A DNA stretch of 64,000 bases. Source: an uncultured Prevotella sp. (GTDB taxonomy: Bacteria; Bacteroidota; Bacteroidia; Bacteroidales; Bacteroidaceae). The position numbers and the translations under genes were made by a program. Below are positions 10,051 to 20,700 of the stretch, piece after piece. The stretch's first letter is position 1. The number at the start of each line of letters is the position of its first letter. The stretch spans positions 3,839-67,838 of the forward strand of contig CAMORS010000004.1 of the NCBI GenBank assembly GCA_946624005.1. The letters are read 5' to 3'. The notes under the pieces are model-generated. The model was given only the letters and a program-made list of their open reading frames with translations. It did no database searches and was not told where the DNA came from.

Positions 10051-11571
10051 ATGATGAAAACATTAACAGGACAGATACAAACCCAAGAACAAAGGCTCGT
10101 CCAGCAACAACGGTTGTCGGCCCAGCAAATCCTGCAAGTAAGGCTGCTCGAAATGCCACTGGCTGAGCTGGAGGAGAATGTCAGGACTGAGATAGACGAC
10201 AACCCCGCTCTGAGCATCGATGAGAGCAGCATGGCCAGCGACGAGACGGCTACGGGGAGCGAAGGGGGAGAGAGCGCTGACGAATGGACCGACGACACTT
10301 TCGAACAGGAAGAGCGCCAACAGGCTATGAACGATGCGCTGGAACGGCTTGGAGGCGACGACGAGATGCCGACGGCGCGCTCATACTATACCGACGATGC
10401 TGAGCGCGAGACGATGGTCTATGGCGAACAGACATCGTTCTACGACACGCTGCGCGAACAGATGGGCGAACTCTCACTGAGCGAACAGCAGCAGGAGGTG
10501 ATGGAATATCTCATCGGCTCACTCGACAGCGACGGTCTGCTGCGCAAAGACCTCTCCACCCTGAGCGACGAACTGGCTCTATACTATAATATATATATAG
10601 AAGAGGCCGACATCCGGCAGCTAATAGAACTTCTGCAGACCTTCGACCCGCCCGGCATCGGGGCTCGCTCGCTGCAGGAATGCCTCCTGATACAGATAGA
10701 GCGGAAACGTGAGAACAACGAGGGGTCGGCCGTCTTGCTCAAACTGATGAAGAAGGTGATCGAACAACACTACGACGATTTTACGCACAACAACTGGAGT
10801 GCCATCGCCGACGCTATCGGCATCACCGACGAGGCAGCACGCGAGGTGCAACGCGAGATTCTGCGCCTCAACCCGAAACCCGGAGCAGCCATGGGCGAGA
10901 CAGAGGGGCGCAGCACGCAGCAGATAACGCCCGACTTCATCGTCGACACCGACGACAATGGCAACGTCTCGTTCGTCGTCACCAGCGGACGGGTGCCCCA
11001 ACTGTCGGTGTCGCCCATGTTCAGCGACATCGTCAGGGGCTTCCAACAAAAGAAGAGTCCACTCAGCCGACAGGAGAAAGAGGCTTATGTCTATGCCCGC
11101 GACAAGATAGACCGTGCTCAGGGCTACATCACCGCCCTGCAGCAGCGACGGCACACGCTCTACACGACGATGAGGAGTATCATCGACTGGCAAAAGAAGT
11201 TTTTCGAATATGGTGACGAGAACGACCTGCGGCCGATGGTGCTGAAAGACATTGCCGAGCGGACAGGGCTTGACATCAGCACCATCTCGCGTGTCTGCAA
11301 TTCAAAATACTGCCAGACACGATGGGGCATCTTCCGGCTGCGCCATTTCTTCAGCGAAGGTGTTAAAACGGCCGACGGCGAGGAACTGTCAGTCCATCAG
11401 ATCAAGAACGAGCTGCAGGACATCGTCGACCATGAGGACAAGCAGCATCCGCTCAGCGACGACCAGCTGGCCCTTCAGCTGAAAGAGCGGGGCTTCCCCA
11501 TTGCCCGCCGCACTGTGGCGAAATATCGCGGACAGCTCGGCATCCCTACCGCACGGATGCGCAGGACCTGA
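10051..11571 (+). CDS. rpoN: RNA polymerase sigma-54 factor
   Basis: Gln-rich region I, PPGIGARSLQECL, RpoN box ARRTVAKYR. Confidence 0.97.
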   Translation: MMKTLTGQIQTQEQRLVQQQRLSAQQILQVRLLEMPLAELEENVRTEIDDNPALSIDESSMASDETATGSEGGESADEWTDDTFEQEERQQAMNDALERLGGDDEMPTARSYYTDDAERETMVYGEQTSFYDTLREQMGELSLSEQQQEVMEYLIGSLDSDGLLRKDLSTLSDELALYYNIYIEEADIRQLIELLQTFDPPGIGARSLQECLLIQIERKRENNEGSAVLLKLMKKVIEQHYDDFTHNNWSAIADAIGITDEAAREVQREILRLNPKPGAAMGETEGRSTQQITPDFIVDTDDNGNVSFVVTSGRVPQLSVSPMFSDIVRGFQQKKSPLSRQEKEAYVYARDKIDRAQGYITALQQRRHTLYTTMRSIIDWQKKFFEYGDENDLRPMVLKDIAERTGLDISTISRVCNSKYCQTRWGIFRLRHFFSEGVKTADGEELSVHQIKNELQDIVDHEDKQHPLSDDQLALQLKERGFPIARRTVAKYRGQLGIPTARMRRT

Positions 11572-11626
11572 AAAAATATTCTAAGTGTATTGTGCTGTGG
11601 CTCTACCGCAGTAATCTGCAACGAAA

Positions 11627-12244
11627 GTGAAAGAAAAAAATATCATCTACGCCGCACGGGCCATCAGCGCCCTCTTCAGCCCGTTCTACTTAGCCATAGT
11701 CGGACTGGCCATTCTCTTTGTCTTCAGCTATCTGAGCTTGTTGCCCTTGGGCTACAAGCTCTCCGTGCTGGCTGTGGTTTATCTCTGCACCGTTCTGCTG
11801 CCTACCTTCCTCATCCGTGTCTACCGACGCTATCAGGGATGGTCGCGTATCGAACTGGGCACGAAGGAGCGACGCATGATACCCTATGTCATCGCCATCC
11901 TATGCTATTTCCTCTGTTACTACCTGATGAACCTCTTGCATATCCCCCACTTCATGAGCAGCATCATCGTGGCCGCTCTGGGCATACAGGTGGTCTGCGC
12001 CATCATCAACCTGTGGTGGAAGGTGAGCACCCACACAGCAGCCATCGGCGGGGTGGCCGGAGCGTTGCTCGGCTTCTCGGTAATGTTTATGTTCAACCCT
12101 ACGTGGTGGTTCTGTCTTGTCATCCTTCTGGCTGGCATGGTGGGTACGGCCCGCATGGTGCTCCGACAGCACTCGCTGCAACAGGTGGTGGCGGGCTTCC
12201 TCATCGGACTGGTCATCGCGCTCTTTGCTGTCATCCATGTATGA
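11627..12244 (+). CDS. PAP2-superfamily-like integral membrane protein
   Basis: Multiple TM helices, KVSTH and ARMVLRQH motifs; GTG start. Confidence 0.65.
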   Translation: MKEKNIIYAARAISALFSPFYLAIVGLAILFVFSYLSLLPLGYKLSVLAVVYLCTVLLPTFLIRVYRRYQGWSRIELGTKERRMIPYVIAILCYFLCYYLMNLLHIPHFMSSIIVAALGIQVVCAIINLWWKVSTHTAAIGGVAGALLGFSVMFMFNPTWWFCLVILLAGMVGTARMVLRQHSLQQVVAGFLIGLVIALFAVIHV

Positions 12245-12285
12245 TTATAAAATTATAGAACCCAAAAAATATAAAGATACGTAAG

Positions 12286-15200
12286 ATGAAAAAGATTTTT
12301 GCCTTCCTTGTCTGTTTGTTTTCCTTGCAGGGAGCACAGGCTTTCGACCAGCAGGAAGCCTTCCGCAACCTCTACAACCGACTGTCGCTATCGGGCAGTG
12401 GGGTATATCCTGATATCGATGGGATGGATGAAGGCTCATGCAACTTTATCCGACAGCTCATCAATCTCAACGAGCTGACCACCGATGTGGTGTACACAAT
12501 CTGGGGCGACCCTGGATTGACCGAATTGGCCTCAGCCATGCCGGAAAGCGACAACCCGCTGGTCTTGGGTATGTACCGCCGACTGGAATACAATATTCTG
12601 AAGTGCAACGAGTTCCTCGACAACACCTCCGACGACGATGCTGAGAGCAAGCGTCAACGTGCCGAGGCCCGCTTCCTGCGTGCCTACTACTACAGCCTTG
12701 CCATCGACCTGTGGGGCGACATGCCGCTATGGAAGACGGTCGCCGACGATCCCGCAACAAGGACGAGCCGGCAGGAAGTGTTCGAGTTCGTGACACAAGA
12801 GCTGACATCGTGTGCCGAAGACATGGCCTTGCCCGCTGATTCGCAGTATGGTCGGGCCGACCGAGTGGCTGCCTGGCTGCTGCTGGCGCGGCTCTATCTC
12901 AATGCCGAGGTGTACACCGGCACGGCCCAGTGGCAGCTGGCCAAGGACTATGCACAGCTGGTCATCGACAGCGACTATACCCTCTGCGACCATTATTCCC
13001 ACCTCTTCATGGGCGACAACGACAGCAATGGCGCACAGAGCGAAATCGTCCTGCCGGCCATCGTCGACGGACTGACGCAGTATGATTATGGCAATACGAT
13101 GTTCGTCATATCGGCCACCCATGCTTCCGATATGCCTCCGTTCGGACTGAACAGCCCCTGGGCTGGCTATTATGCCCGCTACAGCCTGCTCACGAAGTTC
13201 TTCCAAACCGAAGACATTCCCAACCAGTCTACCGAGGGAACTGTTGCAGCTGCCGGCGACGACCGCTGTCTGCTCTATGGCATCGGCCGTCAGCAAGGCC
13301 AGCAGCTGGGCTTGAACTTTACCGATGGTTTCAGCATCGACAAGTTCACCAACAACTGTGTTCACGGCACAGCCTCTTCCACACAGTTTCCTGATACCGA
13401 CTTCCCGCTGATGCGTGTGGCTGAGGCCTATCTCTGCTATGCCGAAGCCGATGCCCGCCAGAACGGAGGTGCTTGCACCGACGACGGACTGGAGAAGCTG
13501 AATGCCCTCCGTCAGCGTGCCCATGCCACGGCGCTCCCGGAGGCAACGCTGAGCGACCTGGCCGACGAGTGGTGCCGCGAGTTCTATCTCGAAGGACGTC
13601 GCCGCTCCGATCTCATCCGCTTCGGACTTTTCGCCGGCGACGACTATCTGTGGACAGGTAAAGGCGGAACAGATTCCGGGCAAGCCTTGAAGGCATTCCG
13701 CAACTTGATGCCGATGCCCGAAGAGGTACTCGTAGAGCATACGCAATTTACGCAGAACACGGGCTACAGCGACCCGAACTTCATTCCCGACGACTTTGTC
13801 CTCAATACGCCTGCTTTTGGGGCAGAGATCGTCGACCTGTCGTCAGTCGATGCCATGCGCCTTTCTTGGCAGCGACCGTCCAACCTGCCGGAAGATGGAA
13901 GCCTGAAATGCAGCTTAGAGCTGTCGATGAACCCCGATTTCAACGATCCGAAAACATCGTTCGCTCCCAATGCCGATGCTTTCGAAGTATGGGTCGATGC
14001 ACGCAACCTGAACAGTTTCTTGTTGTCCAACGACAACCAAGCCTACCTCAGTTCGTCAGTCACGGTTTATGCACGCTGTGCCACAAACAATGCTGTATCC
14101 AACACCGTCGAACTGAACCTGAAGGCCTACGACAACCGCTACGAGCAGATGCCCCAGCCTTGGTATTTCGTTGGCAACTGCATCGGCGACGGACAGTGGG
14201 ACAACAGTATCTCGAAACTCGGCCAGTCGATGTTCCCGATGAATATCAGTGCCGACGGCAGTAGTGTCTACACGGGCTATTTCCGCGAGGGCGACTCCTT
14301 CGTGATGGTCAATAAGCCTGGCAGTTGGGAAGAGTGTGTAAAGTCGAACGATGGTTCGGTTTACGGTTTGATGATCTCAGGTGGTGGCGAAAACATCAAT
14401 ATCTACGAGACGGGCTGGTATACATTCCAGGTATATCCGCAGTGGGGGTCAGCCTATTGCATGCAGGTATCCGATCAAGGATGGCCCGTCTATACCAGCA
14501 TGGCAATGGCATCGGGATTCTGCGGAAGTGTCGTCACGGAGATGACCGCCTGCAATCCGGCCAATCCCTATAATCATGTATGGTACGCACGCGTATCGTT
14601 CGACGGCGACGACACCGTATACTTCCGCCCCGACGGCAATGAGACGGCAAAGGTGGGTGGCGAGGCATTCCCCTACGGCTATGCCACCGATGCCTCGCTG
14701 ACGATACCTGTCAGGAAGGGCGACTATGTGGTCTTCTTCGACGACATGACTGGCTACTATCAGTTTACGGATGCCACGACGGGATTGTTCCCGCAGCTCT
14801 TCAGCAGAAACTACCGTCAGATAGAAGTGGCACCCGTGGATGTGGTGCATCTCAATGCCACCACAGCGACTATCAAACTGTGTGACATCGTCATGCCCGA
14901 AGATGTCGAGGTGAGCCAGCTCCACCTGGTTATTGGCGACGAAGAGTTCGTCATCAACGAGCAAGGCGAGGTGAATACCGAATCGTTTGTCGCTGCCATG
15001 AAGCGGAGGTTTGGACAGTATGGCTTGCACAACGCAGAGGCCCAGGTCGTCATGGCAGGCATACAGCGCGATCTTGCCCGTACATTCAAGTCTGAACCGT
15101 TCACGCTAACGGTGCAGATGCTTAGCATGCCCGTCGAAGAGCATTACTATTATGTCGGCACTCAGACGCTCTGGGATTACTCCAACCTCTCCATGCCGTT

Positions 15201-15681
15201 GACCTGTCTCAGCGGCGACCAGTGGCCCAGCGATCCGCGCTTCTATATAGACATCACCATACCGGCCGGGCAGGACGACTGGTTCAACATCTTCCCCGCA
15301 TCGGCGCTGACTTCCGATGCCCCATGGTCCAGTATTCTTCGTCCGCAAGAAGGCAGCGAGGATCAAACGGGAACATTTGCCATCGGCAATGACGGCTACG
15401 CATGGCACATCCCTGCACCCACACAGCAAACCACCTATCGCCTGACGATCGACTTCAACAATGCCACCTACACCATCACCGAAGCACCCGCCATACCAAC
15501 CCCCATCCAGTCGGTTCAGTACGGCGAGACTCTGTCTCGTCAACCTCTCTACGACCTCCAAGGCCGCTGCATCCGTAGGGGCGGAACAGCGTTTCCGCCC
15601 GCAAGTCGCGGCATCTACATCATCCGCTCGGCCGAAGGACGCTTACAAGGCAAGAACCATAAAAAGGTAGCCCGTTATTAA
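12286..15681 (+). CDS. SusD (starch-type) fused to SusE/SusF-like domains with T9SS-like C-terminal domain
   Basis: N-half SusD motifs (NLNELTTD, AEARFLRAYYY, LMRVAEAYL, EWCREFYLEGRRRSDLIRFG); SusE-like FVLNTPAF..LSWQRP; WYFVG/YYYVG carbohydrate-binding modules; YDLQGR..GIYII..KKV tail. Confidence 0.8.
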   Translation: MKKIFAFLVCLFSLQGAQAFDQQEAFRNLYNRLSLSGSGVYPDIDGMDEGSCNFIRQLINLNELTTDVVYTIWGDPGLTELASAMPESDNPLVLGMYRRLEYNILKCNEFLDNTSDDDAESKRQRAEARFLRAYYYSLAIDLWGDMPLWKTVADDPATRTSRQEVFEFVTQELTSCAEDMALPADSQYGRADRVAAWLLLARLYLNAEVYTGTAQWQLAKDYAQLVIDSDYTLCDHYSHLFMGDNDSNGAQSEIVLPAIVDGLTQYDYGNTMFVISATHASDMPPFGLNSPWAGYYARYSLLTKFFQTEDIPNQSTEGTVAAAGDDRCLLYGIGRQQGQQLGLNFTDGFSIDKFTNNCVHGTASSTQFPDTDFPLMRVAEAYLCYAEADARQNGGACTDDGLEKLNALRQRAHATALPEATLSDLADEWCREFYLEGRRRSDLIRFGLFAGDDYLWTGKGGTDSGQALKAFRNLMPMPEEVLVEHTQFTQNTGYSDPNFIPDDFVLNTPAFGAEIVDLSSVDAMRLSWQRPSNLPEDGSLKCSLELSMNPDFNDPKTSFAPNADAFEVWVDARNLNSFLLSNDNQAYLSSSVTVYARCATNNAVSNTVELNLKAYDNRYEQMPQPWYFVGNCIGDGQWDNSISKLGQSMFPMNISADGSSVYTGYFREGDSFVMVNKPGSWEECVKSNDGSVYGLMISGGGENINIYETGWYTFQVYPQWGSAYCMQVSDQGWPVYTSMAMASGFCGSVVTEMTACNPANPYNHVWYARVSFDGDDTVYFRPDGNETAKVGGEAFPYGYATDASLTIPVRKGDYVVFFDDMTGYYQFTDATTGLFPQLFSRNYRQIEVAPVDVVHLNATTATIKLCDIVMPEDVEVSQLHLVIGDEEFVINEQGEVNTESFVAAMKRRFGQYGLHNAEAQVVMAGIQRDLARTFKSEPFTLTVQMLSMPVEEHYYYVGTQTLWDYSNLSMPLTCLSGDQWPSDPRFYIDITIPAGQDDWFNIFPASALTSDAPWSSILRPQEGSEDQTGTFAIGNDGYAWHIPAPTQQTTYRLTIDFNNATYTITEAPAIPTPIQSVQYGETLSRQPLYDLQGRCIRRGGTAFPPASRGIYIIRSAEGRLQGKNHKKVARY
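15575..15601 (+). repeat. GTAG-family REP copy inside a CDS
   Basis: GTAGGGGCGGAACAGCGTTTCCGCCCG, identical to the REP at 55563-55589. Confidence 0.9.
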
Positions 15682-15720
15682 TGTTCAATGTTCAATGTTT
15701 AACGTTTAATATTCAAAAAA

Positions 15721-16230
15721 ATGTCTCCAGTCGTAAGCATCATCATGGGCAGCACAAGCGATCTGTCCGTCATGGAGAAAGCCATGACATTCCTGAATGA
15801 TATGAAAGTGCCGTTCGAAGTAAACGCACTCTCAGCCCACCGTACACCCGAAGCCGTCGAGCAGTTCGCCAAGAACGCCGAAGGGCGTGGTGTCCGCGTC
15901 ATCATAGCCGGTGCCGGTATGGCAGCCGCCCTGCCGGGTGTCATAGCTGCCAGCACCACCCTGCCCGTCGTCGGTGTGCCCATCAAGGGCAGTGTCCTCG
16001 ACGGCATGGACGCGCTCTACAGCATCCTCCAGATGCCACCGGGCATCCCCGTGGCCACCGTAGCCATTAACGGAGCGCTGAATGCCGCCATCCTGGCCTG
16101 CCAGATGATAGCCCTCGCCGACAGCCAGCTGGCTGAAAAGATGCGCCAATATAAAGCCAACCTCGGCAAGAAGATTGAGAAAGCCAACAACGACCTAAAA
16201 GAAGTCCACTATGACTACAAAACCAACTGA
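15721..16230 (+). CDS. purE: N5-CAIR mutase
   Basis: IIMGSTSD, SAHRTP, AGAGMAAALPG, QMPPGIPVATV. Confidence 0.97.
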   Translation: MSPVVSIIMGSTSDLSVMEKAMTFLNDMKVPFEVNALSAHRTPEAVEQFAKNAEGRGVRVIIAGAGMAAALPGVIAASTTLPVVGVPIKGSVLDGMDALYSILQMPPGIPVATVAINGALNAAILACQMIALADSQLAEKMRQYKANLGKKIEKANNDLKEVHYDYKTN

Positions 16231-17722
16231 TGCCCCGTCTGTTCAGTCGCCATCGAATGCCTCGAATGTCCCGTCTGTTCAGTCGGCATCGTATGTTTCG
16301 TCTGTTCAGTCGCCATTAAATGGCGACCCCGCCCCTCGGCCCTTCCTCCGTCGCCCCACCACCGTCGCCCAGGTGGGTAATATCGCCATCGGCGGCGACA
16401 ACCCCATCCGCATCCAGTCGATGACCACCACCGACACCAACGACACCCAGGCCTGCGTCGAACAGGCCAAGCGCATCATCATGATGGGCGGCGAGCTGGT
16501 GCGTCTCACCACACAAGGCACTCGCGAGGCAGAGAACCTGCAGAACATTGTGCGCGAGCTGCGCCTCCAGGGCTTCATGACACCTTTGGTGGCCGATGTC
16601 CACTTCAATCCCAATGTGGCCGACGTGGCAGCACGCTATGTTGAGAAGGTGCGCATCAATCCCGGCAACTATGTCGACCCCGCCCGCACGTTCCGCCATC
16701 TGGAGTACACCGACGAGGAGTACCAAGCCGAGCTGCGGAAGATAGAGGAGCGCTTCGTTCCCTTCCTCCGCATCTGCCGCGAGCACCACACAGCCATCCG
16801 TATCGGCGTCAACCATGGGTCGCTCTCCGACCGTATCATGTCGCGCTACGGCGATACGCCCGAAGGCATCGTCGAGAGTTGTATGGAGTTCCTGCGCATC
16901 TGTCAGCGCGAAAACTTCCAGAACGTCGTCATCAGCATCAAAGCCTCCAACACCGTCGTCATGGTGCAGTCCGTTCGACTACTCGTCAAGGCGATGGACA
17001 GCGAAGACATGCACTACCCCCTCCACCTCGGCGTTACCGAGGCTGGCGAGGGCGAAGACGGTCGCATCAAGAGTGCCGTCGGCATCGGAGCACTGCTCAC
17101 CGAAGGCATCGGCGACACCATCCGCGTCTCGCTGAGCGAAGATCCCGAATACGAGATACCGGTAGCCCGCAAACTGGTGGAGAGCATCAGCGAATGCACC
17201 TACCTGCGCGCGCAGGCTGAGGCTTCGCTCAACGACGACACCGTCACCCTTTGTCTCGACGAACCCGACTGGGAGACATTCCAGCTGAAAGCAGCGATGG
17301 CCGTCGGCGCGCTTTTCATCGACCAGAAGGCCCATCGTCTCACCATCACGAACGAAAACTTCACCCACGAACAGCTGACCGCCCTGGCCGACAGCATCCT
17401 CCAGGCAGCCCGCATCAAGTTCACCAAGACGGAGTATATCTCCTGTCCAGGCTGCGGCCGCACGCTCTACGACCTGCAGACCACCATCCGCCGTATCAAG
17501 GAGGCCACCAAGGGCATGGTCGGACTGAAGATAGGCATCATGGGGTGCATCGTCAACGGCCCGGGCGAGATGGCCGATGCCGACTACGGCTACGTCGGAG
17601 CCGCCCGCGGCAAGATCTCTCTCTATCGCGGCAAGGAGTGTGTCCTGAAGAATATCCCCGAACAGGACGCCGTGCAGCAGCTCCTCCGCCTCATCATTGA
17701 AGACCAAAAGAAGCTTCATTGA
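16211..17722 (+). CDS. ispG: (E)-4-hydroxy-3-methylbut-2-enyl-diphosphate synthase
   Basis: IRIQSM, ADVHF, RINPGN, IGVNHGSL, SCPGCGRT, MGCIVNGPGE; overlaps the purE stop. Confidence 0.95.
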   Translation: MTTKPTDAPSVQSPSNASNVPSVQSASYVSSVQSPLNGDPAPRPFLRRPTTVAQVGNIAIGGDNPIRIQSMTTTDTNDTQACVEQAKRIIMMGGELVRLTTQGTREAENLQNIVRELRLQGFMTPLVADVHFNPNVADVAARYVEKVRINPGNYVDPARTFRHLEYTDEEYQAELRKIEERFVPFLRICREHHTAIRIGVNHGSLSDRIMSRYGDTPEGIVESCMEFLRICQRENFQNVVISIKASNTVVMVQSVRLLVKAMDSEDMHYPLHLGVTEAGEGEDGRIKSAVGIGALLTEGIGDTIRVSLSEDPEYEIPVARKLVESISECTYLRAQAEASLNDDTVTLCLDEPDWETFQLKAAMAVGALFIDQKAHRLTITNENFTHEQLTALADSILQAARIKFTKTEYISCPGCGRTLYDLQTTIRRIKEATKGMVGLKIGIMGCIVNGPGEMADADYGYVGAARGKISLYRGKECVLKNIPEQDAVQQLLRLIIEDQKKLH

Positions 17723-17747
17723 AAACTATAAAAAAGAGAAGACAGAC

Positions 17748-20700
17748 ATGAGAAAATACACAAAACATACACGGCTCGTTGCCACCAGGCTCTTGGTGGC
17801 AACAGCTTTCCTTGCTTTGGCGCTAATATCAGAAGCTGCTCCCATAACACCCAAGCAGGCACAGCAGCGGGCTACCACATTCTTCCGCCAGCGATTGGGT
17901 AAGAATGCAGCACCCCCTCAGCTGTCGTTGGCATTGGCGAAGCCCTCAGTTCCTGGGGATTTGCCGCTCGACCTTGGTCGCTTGCCAAAGCAAGAATCCC
18001 CTGCTTCGGCCAGCTACTATATATATAATAAGGTAGGCGGCGGCTATGTCATCGTGTCAGGCGACGACGGCCAGCAGCCCATCATCGGCTACTCCGACCG
18101 CGGACACATCGTCGCCGACAGCATGCCCGAGAACATGCGTTGGTGGCTCGACGGCTTCTATCGGACAGCAAAGCAAGAAGCTGCTGACACCTCCTATCCC
18201 GACCCTATCGACCCCATGCTCACCTCCGAGTGGGGGCAGAATGCACCCTACAACCAGCAGACACCCCTCATTGATGGCAAGCACGCCTCGGCAGGCTGCG
18301 GCGCCGTCGCCTTGGCACAAATCATCCGCTACCAGCAATGGCCCTATTCGGTGGGATACATACCCTCAATCAACAAGTGCGAAGAATTGCCGCCCACCTG
18401 TTTCGATTGGGACAAGCTCCTCGATACTTACGACAGTACCTCACCCGCCGACTGCCAAGACGAGGTGGCCAAGCTGATGAGATACGTCGGGCAGGCCATC
18501 AATACAAAGTATGGCAGCAATTCGTCGTCTTTCAACTCGGATGATGTCACCTATGCTCTTTCTGAGTATTTCGGCTTCGTAGGATGCCATAAACAACTAC
18601 GCAATGCGTTTACCGACCAAACGATATGGGACAACGAGATGTATGAAAGTCTTCAGTTTGGCAACCCTGTTTTATATGGCGGAGAAAAAGCTGGAGGCTC
18701 AGGACACGCTTTCGTATTAGATGGCTACAGCGATGGCTATTTCCACATCAACTGGGGATGGACAGGATCCTACGACGGCTACTTCCTCCTGTCCGATCTT
18801 TCACCCAGCAGCACAACACAATACAACCGCAACCAATATGCCTTTACAAACATACAAAATCCATATAACAGCGGAGAGTACCATCCCTCTGAAATTATCA
18901 AAACAACAGACATGTTCTTCAACCCAGAGTTAAGCCGGGAGGGATGTCTGACACGCGAAAACAAGGAGGCTGACTTTACGGATATCGTCATCCAAGAAGA
19001 CCGTTTATTCAAAGTAGGGCGAGTTGATGGTACTATACAATATGCATTAGCATTAGTCGACGGCGGCCATATTGAGACAATCCTATCCGACACCCTACTC
19101 TACCTCTCAGACATTCAAGGCCGGAAGCAGAGACTTACGTTCCGATTCTCTATCTATAGCCACATTCCTTGTTCTGACTTCACAATCCAGACCGTCAGCA
19201 GAAATAATGAAGACGACTATTGGCGAATAAACGCGATAGACGAAGAAGAATATTACATCGTGACCGTCACCGAAAAACACCTCTACCTCAACTACGTTAC
19301 ATCTTCCTCCACCGGTACATCTTGTTCCATAAAGACAGGATTCGACAGCGACGAAAAGTTTGCCACCATACGTCACGACGGCACCCTGTCCGACAATCTC
19401 AAGACTAACATCAGCTTCTTCGGAGACCTGCAAAACCATTATTACGATTATTCCATCTGCCTTTTCAGCGAGAATTCGGAATTTCGTCAGACCAAGACCA
19501 TTCTTCAACAAAAACCACTAAGCTCTGCAAACAATATTCAGTATGGCTTCAATCTTGACATGCGAACACTCCCCGATGGCAAGTATTTCCTCGACGCATT
19601 CGCCTACCCCTGTGGTGATACCATCAACACCCAACACCCAACACCCAATTGCTCAAGCTCATCAAACAAGACAGCCTCGTCTATGTACAACCCGCCAACC
19701 TCGTTACGCCTTCCTGCAACAGCCTTGACCTCGGAGTATTAGCCGACATAGGTTGCGATATCGTCAAATTCAACCGCAACAACACTACACAGACCTATCA
19801 TGTCCCAATACGTTATTCCGTCATCAATGAACAGGAAGACGGATATGTAGACCACGGCATAGGCATGTTCAACCAACAGGATGCTACCCTGCAGCATGTC
19901 CTATATTCCGACAATTGCCAGTATATTTCTCACCTCCCAACATCTACCATCCCGCTCGGCATGAATGGGCGCTTGCCAGAGCAAGAAAACCTATTACTCA
20001 CAGTTCACATACCCGCCAACCTTCCGGACGGTAATTACATCATCTGTGCCATCGGACGCGATGCAAATACAAGCCACTGGGAGAATATTTCTGGAAAAGG
20101 GGCCATTGTCTTCGCCACAATCAAAAACGATACATTGTCGGCCATCAACGAAGAAATATTGAACACCGTCAATCTTGAGGTCGACAGCCTCACCTACCTC
20201 AACGACAACGAAGCAATGGCTTATCTCAGAAACCCATCCGACCAGCCCATCAACGGATACGTAACCCTTAAATTTGGTACATTCGATCCTTTTGATGATG
20301 GAGGAGCGGCCGAGTTAAGCTATAAGTCTTCAAGCCGTATCTGAGTGTCGTTAGATAAAAAAGCGTCAGTCAGGCAAATAGTCCCCATGGACATCAAGCC
20401 CGAAACCGGCCTCTTTGTATTCTACGACTGCCTGTTCAAGACAATAAACGATTCAACGATATTTGATGCTGGCATCCTCAATCCCCTCTCCATCAGCGTC
20501 AGCTTCAATAACGTCAGTGTAGAAAGCGTTAACGACACTACACTCCTTGACCGTTTCATGCTATATTTCACTTTCAACGCAACACCAACTGCTCAGAATA
20601 CAAAGGTCGTAGGCAGAAATGTCGACCAGGCAGGAAATACGCTTTTAGAGTACAGCCAGCTCTATAGCGGTGATAGTCAATCAGGGCGCTTCGACTTAGG

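Noticed and set aside
20342..20344. In-frame TGA as selenocysteine or programmed readthrough
   Set aside because: It aligns with Lys in the paralog, no SECIS-like hairpin was recognised, and the gene has a second lesion; a nonsense mutation is simpler
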